Below are positions 1 through 7,760 of a DNA stretch of 11,574 bases, one piece after another. Below the pieces are notes generated by a model, which saw only the letters and a program-made list of their open reading frames with translations, made no database searches and had not been told where the DNA came from. A program made the position numbers and the translations under genes. The stretch comes from Promethearchaeota archaeon (GTDB lineage Archaea > Asgardarchaeota > Odinarchaeia > Odinarchaeales > JBHLKK01): the NCBI GenBank assembly GCA_048939465.1, contig JBHLPL010000063.1, positions 1-11,574 of the forward strand. Reading direction: 5' to 3'. Position 1 is the stretch's first letter. Every line of letters starts with the position of its first letter.

Positions 1-1
1 A

Positions 2-211
2 TCCGTAAGAGACATTATAAGATCGAGCTTTGAGTTCGGAGGCACAATCTACGGAGTTGGACTGCATAATTCCATGTATATGGACTTAATCCATGATTCT
101 AAGCTTCTGGATCTGATGAGATCTGTAAAGAAGAGACTCGATCCAAACGGAATCATGAACGCCGGCAAAATGATCGAATGCCGCATACCACCAATACTCA
201 GGGGGAGTTGA
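2..211 (+). CDS. FAD-linked oxidoreductase (GlcD/D-lactate dehydrogenase/VAO superfamily), C-terminal fragment, 5'-truncated by window edge
   Basis: Not in the ORF track. Frame 2 reads SVRDIIRSSFEFGGTIYGVGLHNSMYMDLIHDSKLLDLMRSVKKRLDPNGIMNAGKMIECRIPPILRGS* (TGA 209-211). The 'K..LDPNGIMNAGK' ending is the hallmark C-terminus of FAD-oxidase_C domains. Confidence 0.85.
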   Translation, partial: SVRDIIRSSFEFGGTIYGVGLHNSMYMDLIHDSKLLDLMRSVKKRLDPNGIMNAGKMIECRIPPILRGS

Positions 212-219
212 AACACAGA

Positions 220-1545
220 ATGAATGAGATCAATGGATTGACAGAAGATTTGGAAGATTTCCTGGGTTCTGAGAATGTCTTCAAGACTCAGGAAGAACTC
301 GCCTCATATTCAACTGACCCCTATACTAGACTCGAGAAGAAAGCCATTTTGGCGGTGAAGATTCATGAACCCCAGCAGTTGAACAGAATAACCTTTCTCA
401 TAAAGCGGTTTAACCGAGAGAAGAAACCCAAGATATCAATTACGCCACGTGGTTGCGGTCTTGGCGTCTCGCAAGGTACATTATCTTCAGATAACATAAT
501 TGTCGATCTGAGTGAACTGAAGGAGATTGACATAGGTGAGGATGGCGAGACTGTGAATGTTCAGTGCGGAGCCACTTTCGAACAGATATCAAGAATGTTA
601 AACGAAAATGATTTATGTTTAGGTGTAGAACCGACGACCTCACCTAAGTCCACGATAGGTGGCTTCATAGCCTCAGGCGGGTTAGGATTCTCATCCATCA
701 GGTACGGCTCTGTCTCAACTCGTATTAGAAATTTGAGGGTCTTCCTATCCACCGGCTCTATGATTGAGACCGGTATGGAGAAAGTTTTTTCCTACGGAAC
801 TGGCTATGATTTGACAAGAATATTTGTCGGATCTGAAGGAATTCTTGGGATTATTGTTTCAGCCGTTCTTGGTGCTTTTCCTAATCCCATATACACCTCT
901 AATAATTTAGCAAGAGTCGCCAGCTTCAATAGGCTTCAAGAACTTGCATCGAAAGTCGTTAAAACGAACTCAGTTTCTACGGTTCTTCTTTTAGGAGGGG
1001 AACTGTGGGGAGTAGAACGCAAGGGGATAGAGAAAACGTACCCGATGTTAGTGAGACTGGAAGGAGACAAGGATATTTTGGACTCGTCTCAGGATGTTTT
1101 GAAAAAAATTTGCGGTAAACTCGAAGGAGGAGACGACCTCTGGGAGAAACGATTCATTCATTCAGCGTTAGATAAGCTTAGCAATCCTGTTTCTATCGAC
1201 CAATTTCTTATACCAACAACAAAGCTGGCTTTGACACTCCAAAATCTGAAGGAAAACGCAGAGAAGGTCGGGATCGAGTATGCTTTTCACTCTGTACCAG
1301 TAGCAGCAAATGCGTGGCTAAGCAGTCTACTGTTTATATCAGATAGTCTTCAGTCTATTGAATCAGGAAGAAACTATCTACTAGATACGCTCAGCAGTCT
1401 TCAGGTTGTGCCTTACTGCGTTGGAACTCGCAGGATAGAATACTTCAACATGAATTTCCCTGAAGCGGCAGATCTAGTGAGGAAGATCAAATCTGTATTC
1501 GACCCCTCAGGAATAATGAATGAAGGTGTGCTATTGCCGAGGTGA
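220..1545 (+). CDS. FAD-binding oxidoreductase, GlcD/GlcE-like (PCMH-type FAD-binding domain plus FAD-oxidase_C)
   Basis: Motifs ITPRGCG, 'TIGGFIASGGLGFSSIRYGS', 'GYDLTRIFVGSEGILGII' and C-terminal 'KIKSVFDPSGIMN'. The track start at 178 overlaps the upstream gene by 34 bp. ATG 220, 8 bp after the upstream stop and preceded by GGGGAG, is more likely. Confidence 0.88.
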   Translation: MNEINGLTEDLEDFLGSENVFKTQEELASYSTDPYTRLEKKAILAVKIHEPQQLNRITFLIKRFNREKKPKISITPRGCGLGVSQGTLSSDNIIVDLSELKEIDIGEDGETVNVQCGATFEQISRMLNENDLCLGVEPTTSPKSTIGGFIASGGLGFSSIRYGSVSTRIRNLRVFLSTGSMIETGMEKVFSYGTGYDLTRIFVGSEGILGIIVSAVLGAFPNPIYTSNNLARVASFNRLQELASKVVKTNSVSTVLLLGGELWGVERKGIEKTYPMLVRLEGDKDILDSSQDVLKKICGKLEGGDDLWEKRFIHSALDKLSNPVSIDQFLIPTTKLALTLQNLKENAEKVGIEYAFHSVPVAANAWLSSLLFISDSLQSIESGRNYLLDTLSSLQVVPYCVGTRRIEYFNMNFPEAADLVRKIKSVFDPSGIMNEGVLLPR

Positions 1546-1549
1546 TATA

Positions 1550-2506
1550 TTGACACTTGAAGAAGAGCTCAAAGGTATCGCAAAGGCGGTAGACCTGAGG
1601 ATAAATGAGCTTCTTTCCACGGTGGATGATATCTTGCTCGAGCCTTCGAAATTCGCCGTTGAAGCGAGGGGTAAGAAGATTAGGCCTGCTATACTGGTTT
1701 TGGCTTGCATGGCTACCGGAGGGGATGCTGAAAACGCACTTCCATATGCTGCCTCAATTGAACTGGTTCATACAGCCTCTCTCATAATTGATGATATAAT
1801 AGATAGCGGCAGCCTTAGACGTGGAGTTTCGTCTCTTCATGAGAGGTTTGGACTGAATGCGGCCATGCTTACCGGAGTAATTCTTAGTAGCAAAGCTTTT
1901 AATGTTCTTTCGAGGAATCCTTCAATCAGCCAGACCGTAACGGAAGCAATTTGTGATATGACTGAAGGGGAGGCGCTGGACAGCACATCTAGCGTATTCA
2001 ATTGCGTCGAAGAGGACTATTTCAGAGTAGTATCCAAAAAGACAGCCTCTTTATTCAGCTGTGCTGCTAAAGTTGGCGGATTGATTGGCATGGCCTCAAA
2101 GGATGATTTGGTTTCTTTGTCGAGATACGGCCACCATGTTGGAATAGCATTTCAGATTCACGATGATATATTGGGACTCACCTCATCTGAGGGGACCTTG
2201 AGAAAATCCGTGGGTGCTGATCTCAAAAGCGGAAAGATCAATCTTCCACTTCTCCACGCTGTGACCAGTATTTCTCCGCAAGACCGCTACGAGCTCCGCA
2301 ATTTCCTCTCCGATATTTCTCCGGACAAAGAGAAGCTAAGAGAAGTTCTAGAACTCCTCAGGAGAACAGGCTCAGTTGAATATTCCAGACGAAAAGCTGA
2401 AGAGTCTGTTCAGAAATCGAAGAAACACCTTCACACTCTTGACTCTTCAAAAGCTCGTGATATGCTTGAAGGCCTGGCAGACTACATCATTGCGAGAACT
2501 AACTGA
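1550..2506 (+). CDS. trans-polyprenyl diphosphate synthase, probably long-chain type
   Basis: GKKIRP, FARM 'ELVHTASLIIDDIIDSGSLRRG', 'EGEALD', 'KKTASLF', SARM 'FQIHDDILG' and 'GADLKSGKINLP'. Start placed at TTG 1550 behind SD GAGGTGA (1539-1545, overlapping the upstream TGA) instead of track ATG 1520. Confidence 0.93.
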   Translation: MTLEEELKGIAKAVDLRINELLSTVDDILLEPSKFAVEARGKKIRPAILVLACMATGGDAENALPYAASIELVHTASLIIDDIIDSGSLRRGVSSLHERFGLNAAMLTGVILSSKAFNVLSRNPSISQTVTEAICDMTEGEALDSTSSVFNCVEEDYFRVVSKKTASLFSCAAKVGGLIGMASKDDLVSLSRYGHHVGIAFQIHDDILGLTSSEGTLRKSVGADLKSGKINLPLLHAVTSISPQDRYELRNFLSDISPDKEKLREVLELLRRTGSVEYSRRKAEESVQKSKKHLHTLDSSKARDMLEGLADYIIARTN

Positions 2507-2517
2507 GTGGGCTTGTT

Positions 2518-3651
2518 ATGCTTCAGATTCCAGAATTCAAAAAGGAACTATATATTTGTGCAAAATGTGGATACTGCAGAGAATCTTGTCCTACTCGTAG
2601 ACTCATTGGGTTCGATCGAATCTGTCCTCGTGGCCTTATCGTATCTATGAAACACTTCCTTGAAAAGCAAAAACCAATTTCAAAAGAACTCACGGAAAAT
2701 TGGTATTTCTGTACAACATGTGGCCGTTGTAAGGAAGTCTGTCCTGCGGATATTGATCTGCCCGAACTAATAAGGAGCATCAGAATAGACATGATTCAAA
2801 AGGGACTTCAAATGCCAGCGTATTTCACAACCGCTGTGAACGGTATACTGGACGATGGCAATCCTATCGGCAAGGTCAAGGAAGAGAAGACTGATCTGTT
2901 GTCAGGCAGTCTCATCACTCCAAAAAAGTCTAAGTATCTATACTTCGCAGGGTGCATGGCCTCTTACTGGCTGCCTGAAACGGCGAATGCAATCTCTGAG
3001 ATTCTCAAGTTGGCGAGCTTTGATTTTGGCACCCTTGGACTTGACGAATCATGTTGTGGTCTAGTGCCAGCTTGGAGCGGAGACATGGAGTCAACAAAAC
3101 AAGTTGTTAAGAAGATCATGAAGTCAATCGAAGAGTCTGGAGCCTCAACGGTTTTCACGTCGTGCCCAGGTTGCTATACAACCTTTAAGAATGATTATCC
3201 TAAGATTTCTGGAAATCCAGGTTTTGAAGTTCTTCATGTGCTCGAAGTCTTCAAGGAATTGATAAATCGAGGCGACTTAACCTTCAGAAAAAAGATCGAC
3301 TCAACTGTTACTTACCATGACCCATGTCATATAGGAAGATTTCATGGAATGTTCGAGACGCCGAGGGAGATTATCCAGGCAATTCCTGGTGTTAGACTGG
3401 TTGAGATGGAATATAACCGGAAAGAAGCAAACTGCTGCGGGGGTCCGCTGAGAACCGGCGGATGGATAGATCAGGCATTGACGATAGGAAAATGGAGGAT
3501 TGAAGAAGCCAAGGAAGTTGGGGCAGACTTATTGGTGACCTGCTGCCCCCAATGTGTTATAAACCTGCGACAAGCAGCTTTGGGATCAATTGAAGTCATA
3601 GACTTTCCTATTCTTCTGGCCAGAGCACTGAACCTAAAGCTGGATTATTAG
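2518..3651 (+). CDS. (Fe-S)-binding oxidoreductase subunit, GlcF/GlpC/HdrD-like (2x[4Fe-4S] plus two CCG domains)
   Basis: CAKCGYCRESCP and CTTCGRCKEVCP ferredoxin motifs. CCG-domain motifs YFAGC, ESCCG, TSCPGCY, TYHDPCHIGR, NCCGG and TCCPQC. Confidence 0.93.
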   Translation: MLQIPEFKKELYICAKCGYCRESCPTRRLIGFDRICPRGLIVSMKHFLEKQKPISKELTENWYFCTTCGRCKEVCPADIDLPELIRSIRIDMIQKGLQMPAYFTTAVNGILDDGNPIGKVKEEKTDLLSGSLITPKKSKYLYFAGCMASYWLPETANAISEILKLASFDFGTLGLDESCCGLVPAWSGDMESTKQVVKKIMKSIEESGASTVFTSCPGCYTTFKNDYPKISGNPGFEVLHVLEVFKELINRGDLTFRKKIDSTVTYHDPCHIGRFHGMFETPREIIQAIPGVRLVEMEYNRKEANCCGGPLRTGGWIDQALTIGKWRIEEAKEVGADLLVTCCPQCVINLRQAALGSIEVIDFPILLARALNLKLDY

Positions 3652-3657
3652 GAAGAT

Positions 3658-4578
3658 TTGGTGGCAGAATTGGGAATAATAGATATTCTATTTGGCCATC
3701 CAACAGAAAAGGACAAAAGACTCTTGAGACCTACCATTAAAGGCAAGATAATGGGACTTTTGTGCCTCCAACGACCCTTGATTGCATTCATGGCTGTAGT
3801 TTTGGGTGGAGTAGGTGCTGTTTTTGCATTGGGGAGATTTCCCAGCCCTTTTGAGACCTTGGTCGGAGCAATTGCTGCATATTCCCTTACCGTGTCAATT
3901 CACATTCTCAACGATATCCTTGATTCTCAGAGAGATAGGCGAAAATGGTCGGCCAGGCCCCTGCCTTCTGGCCTGATCAAAAGGAGCCACGCTTTTTCAT
4001 ATTTTGCAGTAATGGCAGCGATCGGACTTAGTCTGGCATATATCTTCTTCAATTGGCAAACTGCCGCTCTCGGTGCAGTAACGCTTACTCTAGGAGGAAT
4101 CTATACGGCTTTCCTTAGAGACAGAGTCGGATACATGACACTACCTTGGATTCCTGCCCTGATAGTAATTGGAGGATGGACAGCCTTTTCACCAACCGAT
4201 ATACTATCCAATCACGTACCGTGGTTGCTATACTTCCTGTTTGTGCTGTGGCAATCATTTCACATAGTATTGGAAGAACCATATGGCCTTGTTCCTACCA
4301 GGGCATTTGGCCTAGTATTGAGACCGAAAAGAGCAGTCTGGATTAGCATATCCCTTTCAATACTGACCTTCGCTCTGGGGATCGTAATATACCTCATCCT
4401 GCCTTTACACTGGATCTATCCTATCCTCTTAATAGGCAATTCACTTATGTTTTGGATCTCAGTAGTTCCTTTAGCAAAGGAGCCTACGTCTCCAGAATAT
4501 GCCATGAGAGGTTTTCAGGTCGCGACAATCTATAATATTATATTATGCCTAGCTTTGATGCTGGCAACAATACTATGA
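3658..4578 (+). CDS. UbiA-superfamily integral membrane prenyltransferase (atypical)
   Basis: First Asp-rich motif NDILDSQRD followed by RPLPSG, and about 8-9 hydrophobic segments. The start could be TTG 3658 or GTG 3661. Confidence 0.88.
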   Translation: MVAELGIIDILFGHPTEKDKRLLRPTIKGKIMGLLCLQRPLIAFMAVVLGGVGAVFALGRFPSPFETLVGAIAAYSLTVSIHILNDILDSQRDRRKWSARPLPSGLIKRSHAFSYFAVMAAIGLSLAYIFFNWQTAALGAVTLTLGGIYTAFLRDRVGYMTLPWIPALIVIGGWTAFSPTDILSNHVPWLLYFLFVLWQSFHIVLEEPYGLVPTRAFGLVLRPKRAVWISISLSILTFALGIVIYLILPLHWIYPILLIGNSLMFWISVVPLAKEPTSPEYAMRGFQVATIYNIILCLALMLATIL

Positions 4579-4597
4579 CGACAACAGGGAGAGAACC

Positions 4598-5575
4598 ATG
4601 AAAAAGCTAATCTTGTTCGGAGGGAAAGGGGGGACCGGAAAAACCACACTTGCTGCGGCAACCAGTACACTCATCTCTAGGGAATACAGAACGCTTGTGA
4701 TATCTTTTGATATCGCCCACAGCTTGTCTGATGTGTTTGGGATTCATATAGGGCCAGAAGTAAGGATGTTGAAGAAAAATCTATATGCACTTGAGCCTGA
4801 TACGGAAGAAGTGGCAAAAGAATCTTCAGAAACGCTCCTGAGCAACCTCAGAAATATGTTGATGTCGACAAAGGTTGACAGGATCTTTCCAGAAATAGGA
4901 GAAATGATCAAATTCTTGGACCCTAAGTTTCTACCCTTATCTATTAAGAACAGTATGTTCTTTGAATACATCCTCCAAAATGAGTATAAGTATGACGTAA
5001 TTCTTGCAGATTTTCCTCCAACCGGATCAATGTTTGCACTCTTGGAGATTCCGGAAACTCATCTAACTAAAGTCTTGGGAACAGGGGTCAAAATGAAGAA
5101 GAGACCGGTATTGTACTATCAAGTACTTGGTAGGCTTCTCTCCCCCTCAAAAATCCTAGATGGTTCTTCAGGTCTGTTTAGAGAGGGATTTCTCAAAGAA
5201 GCAGAAGCTTTGAGCCGGAGAGCTGACAGAATTCTCAAACGTTTGAGCGAGGCCTCCCTTAGATTGGTGACCCTACCAGAGAAAGCCTCAGTAGATGAAA
5301 CTTACAGATCTGCTAGACTCTCCCAACATTATGCAAATCTGGATACAATATACATAAACCGTGTGATAACGGGAGATATAGCAGAGTCTCAATTCTTAAA
5401 GAAGAAGAAGCGTCTGCAAGACAAGTATATTCGTGAACTAGGCAGAAGCTTTAAGGACAAACTGATAATTGAAGTCCCGGACCTGAGCTTTGAACCATGC
5501 GGTCTTAAGAATCTAGAAAAGCTTTCACTACTGATCTATGAGAACTCAATCATAAACGCTGTACCTTTTGGGTAG
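4598..5575 (+). CDS. ArsA/GET3 (TRC40)-family ATPase, single domain
   Basis: Deviant Walker A GGKGGTGKTT, switch I-like SFDIAHSLSDVF, switch II-like DFPPTGS, 'VTLPEKASVDET' and 'INRVI'. SD-like GGGAG upstream. Confidence 0.88.
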   Translation: MKKLILFGGKGGTGKTTLAAATSTLISREYRTLVISFDIAHSLSDVFGIHIGPEVRMLKKNLYALEPDTEEVAKESSETLLSNLRNMLMSTKVDRIFPEIGEMIKFLDPKFLPLSIKNSMFFEYILQNEYKYDVILADFPPTGSMFALLEIPETHLTKVLGTGVKMKKRPVLYYQVLGRLLSPSKILDGSSGLFREGFLKEAEALSRRADRILKRLSEASLRLVTLPEKASVDETYRSARLSQHYANLDTIYINRVITGDIAESQFLKKKKRLQDKYIRELGRSFKDKLIIEVPDLSFEPCGLKNLEKLSLLIYENSIINAVPFG

Positions 5576-5716
5576 CGCCTCTTCCTCTGCCAGAGCTGCC
5601 CAGATTTCAGCCAGAAACTAAATCTTTTGATCAGTGTTGTGGAAATCTGCAATTAAGTACTCATCTTCTTTGAGAAGGACTTGGAGACTGAGGATCGTAG
5701 AGTATTGAGGATTGCC

Positions 5717-5731
5717 GGAAAGGGTTATATA
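5717..5731 (+). promoter_or_regulatory. archaeal BRE+TATA promoter
   Basis: GGAAAGGG-TTATATA. The TATA lies about 25 nt upstream of ATG 5753, consistent with a leaderless or short-leader transcript. Confidence 0.6.
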
Positions 5732-5752
5732 CGCCCTAGCACCTAACTCAGA

Positions 5753-6679
5753 ATGGGGGGGAGCAAAGGAATGATATCAAAATCGAAGAAATATCTCTTT
5801 CTGGCTATAATGCCTCTTATGGTGTTGTCTCTACTTAATTATCCCTTTACATCGGCAGCCCCTCAACAACTTACTCCAGGTGCATACATTACTGAGAGCT
5901 TTTCTATGAGTCTGACCTCATCGGGTGGTTCAGCTGAAATAAAAGGAACCTACAATTATACAGTCATCCAAGTATCTCCTACAAGTCTGACATATACTGT
6001 CGTTTGGGACTATACATCCATAACGAGGACCTCTGGAGGAACAACGACAGAACAAGACACTAAAACCGGAACTGTAACTGTGGATGTTAATTCACGTTTA
6101 GTCATCTCCTCAACCTGCTCCGACTTCTATCTGGAGGTGGGACATTACTGTGACCTATGGATTCCTACTGATGTAGGCATAGGTAGCGAGCTAGTAACCT
6201 TTGATGATAATCTTGTCGTAAGATCCTCAACGTTCTTTGATGGTTATGAGTGTTGGAATCTGGTGCCATCTCTTGGGCTTTCCGGCTTTGGTCAGCATGC
6301 CTATTATGAAAAAGAGACGGGCATATATCTTGGCGTTTATATGGAGGGTAATCTAGCCTCTATGGGATATCTTAAGGCTCAATCTGTGGTAACGAGTACG
6401 AATATCGATGCCTTATCCAACATAACTGGCCGGATTGGAGGATTTCCGTGGTGGATCATAATTGTCGTCGTAGTTGTCGTGATAGTGGCGGTATCCATTG
6501 TGGTGATATGGAGAAGAAGAAGGAAGGTTACCCCGCCCCCGGAAGGAGCCCCAGAAATTCCAGAAGGGGGACCAGCGGCCCTGCCACCCTCCAGGTTCTG
6601 TCCTTATTGCGGGACCGAGAATCTTCGAGAGGCGCTTTTCTGTGCGAATTGCGGCTCGAATCTAGAAGGGGCAGACTAA
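5753..6679 (+). CDS. secreted/type I membrane protein with extracellular Ser/Thr-rich beta domain, single TM helix and C-terminal double-CxxC zinc ribbon
   Basis: Signal-peptide-like N-terminus (SKSKKYLFLAIMPLMVLSLL...SAA), TM 'WWIIIVVVVVVIVAVSIVVIW' plus RRRRK stop-transfer, Pro-rich linker, and CPYCGTENLREALFCANCG. Alternative start ATG 5771. Confidence 0.8.
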   Translation: MGGSKGMISKSKKYLFLAIMPLMVLSLLNYPFTSAAPQQLTPGAYITESFSMSLTSSGGSAEIKGTYNYTVIQVSPTSLTYTVVWDYTSITRTSGGTTTEQDTKTGTVTVDVNSRLVISSTCSDFYLEVGHYCDLWIPTDVGIGSELVTFDDNLVVRSSTFFDGYECWNLVPSLGLSGFGQHAYYEKETGIYLGVYMEGNLASMGYLKAQSVVTSTNIDALSNITGRIGGFPWWIIIVVVVVVIVAVSIVVIWRRRRKVTPPPEGAPEIPEGGPAALPPSRFCPYCGTENLREALFCANCGSNLEGAD

Positions 6680-6845
6680 GTACGTCCGTATCGAATGAGT
6701 TAATTGCAGTCCAAAGGGGCTGAGACACAAGAATCACTCGGACTTGACTGATTGGATGTAGAACATTATTGGCCGTCTTCCTAGCCGTCAGCATTAAAAA
6801 CCACTTCGGTCAATAAGATCCTCTAATGAACACCAGGAGCGACAA

Positions 6846-7112
6846 ATGTCTATGCCGTATATAATCGAGGTGACAGTAAAGAGTCAGGAGGGAAAATGTG
6901 TTTTTGGTCACGAAGTCGGGGATAGGATAGTTTTTGATGGAAAATCAGTCAAAGGTGATATCTGCTACAGCGCCTTGATGGTGATACTTCCCAAGGTTTT
7001 TGCTATGCGTTATGGAGTTGAGTTTCCGTGGGCTGAAGATAACGGCACAATCTCCAATGTCTGCCCAGATCCTAGGAATCCGGTCGTGTTTGAAATTCGT
7101 CAAGCTGAGTAA
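6846..7112 (+). CDS. TIGR04076-family-like small Cys protein
   Basis: Pattern 'GKCVFGHEVGDRIVF ... ICYSAL ... VCPDPRNPVVFEI' matches my recollection of this family. SD CAGGAG upstream. Confidence 0.7.
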   Translation: MSMPYIIEVTVKSQEGKCVFGHEVGDRIVFDGKSVKGDICYSALMVILPKVFAMRYGVEFPWAEDNGTISNVCPDPRNPVVFEIRQAE

Positions 7113-7198
7113 CGGACTACCAAAGGAATCTCGGTTCGCTATCGATGAGCGTAAATGGATAGATCTTATCAGACTGTCCCATTTCTGATCACTCCCCC

Positions 7199-7213
7199 AA
7201 AAAAGGTTAAATA
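7199..7213 (+). promoter_or_regulatory. putative archaeal BRE+TATA promoter for the DUF2085 gene pair
   Basis: AAAAAAGG-TTAAATA. It lies inside the 5' part of the track ORF, which argues that the real start is further downstream (7284). Confidence 0.45.
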
Positions 7214-7283
7214 TGATAAACCAGCTACTAATGAGCGTGAGCGGAGAATTCTGCCGCGGGGGGAGCGAGAGGAGACGCCTCTT

Positions 7284-7760
7284 ATGGTTAATGACGAATT
7301 CAAGAGGGAGTTCTCAGATACTTTCAATCGGCTTTGGCTCGTGTTTTTCGCACATCATACTCCCGATAAGTTCCATCGATGTCTGAAAGTCCAAATAAGA
7401 GGGAAGAAACTCTATTTTTGCGCTCGATGTACCGGAATACTATCTGGCACCTATACTGCCATTTTCTTATTTCCGCTGTTCCAGAGTCTTATTTCTCCGC
7501 TAATTGCTTCGATTATTCTTATTGCTTTTCCACTGCCTGTCATAGTAGACTGGCTATCACAATATGGCGGAAAGAGGGAAAGCAATAACAAAACTCGCGT
7601 AGCGAGCGGTTTTCTTTTAGGTTTTTCGATAGTGTCTCTCACCCATTCTGGAGAATATATATTAAAACTTATCACAATCTCTTTGTATGTTATTCTCGTT
7701 GTGCTTACAATCCTAATAATTAAGAATAAGGGAGGTAGTGTTATTCATGGGAGCGGGTAG
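7284..7760 (+). CDS. DUF2085-like predicted membrane protein
   Basis: 'HH..DK.HR ... FCARCTGILSG' and 'P...DWLSQY..KRESNNKTRVASGFLLG' fit the DUF2085 pattern as I recall it. Start revised to ATG 7284 (SD GAGGAG about 7269-7274, TATA at 7207). The track start is 7155. Confidence 0.72.
   Translation: MVNDEFKREFSDTFNRLWLVFFAHHTPDKFHRCLKVQIRGKKLYFCARCTGILSGTYTAIFLFPLFQSLISPLIASIILIAFPLPVIVDWLSQYGGKRESNNKTRVASGFLLGFSIVSLTHSGEYILKLITISLYVILVVLTILIIKNKGGSVIHGSG

Noticed and set aside
178-219. Track start of the second FAD oxidoreductase at ATG 178
   Set aside because: It overlaps the C-terminus of the upstream paralogue (ends 211). ATG 220 gives a normal operon gap.
220-1545. Alkyl-DHAP synthase (ether lipid) interpretation of the flavoproteins
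   Set aside because: The ADPS HHH catalytic motif is absent from both paralogues.
440-5000. Short track ORFs nested in or antisense to operon genes (440-643, 561-752, 1605-1787, 2376-2600, 2523-2792, 2855-3064, 2964-3158, 4146-4346, 4744-4971)
   Set aside because: They lie within or largely overlap motif-supported CDSs and have no protein-like features.
4598-5575. Arsenic resistance interpretation of the ATPase
   Set aside because: Single domain, no metalloid-binding Cys, and no arsB/acr3/arsC/arsR/arsD in the window.
5546-5698. - strand frame TILSLQVLLKEDEYLIADFHNTDQKI*FLAEIWAALAEEEALPKRYSVYD* with one internal TAG (possible gene relic or amber readthrough)
   Set aside because: No start codon or SD and no recognisable family; chance openness is plausible. 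A tblastn/blastx search would be needed.
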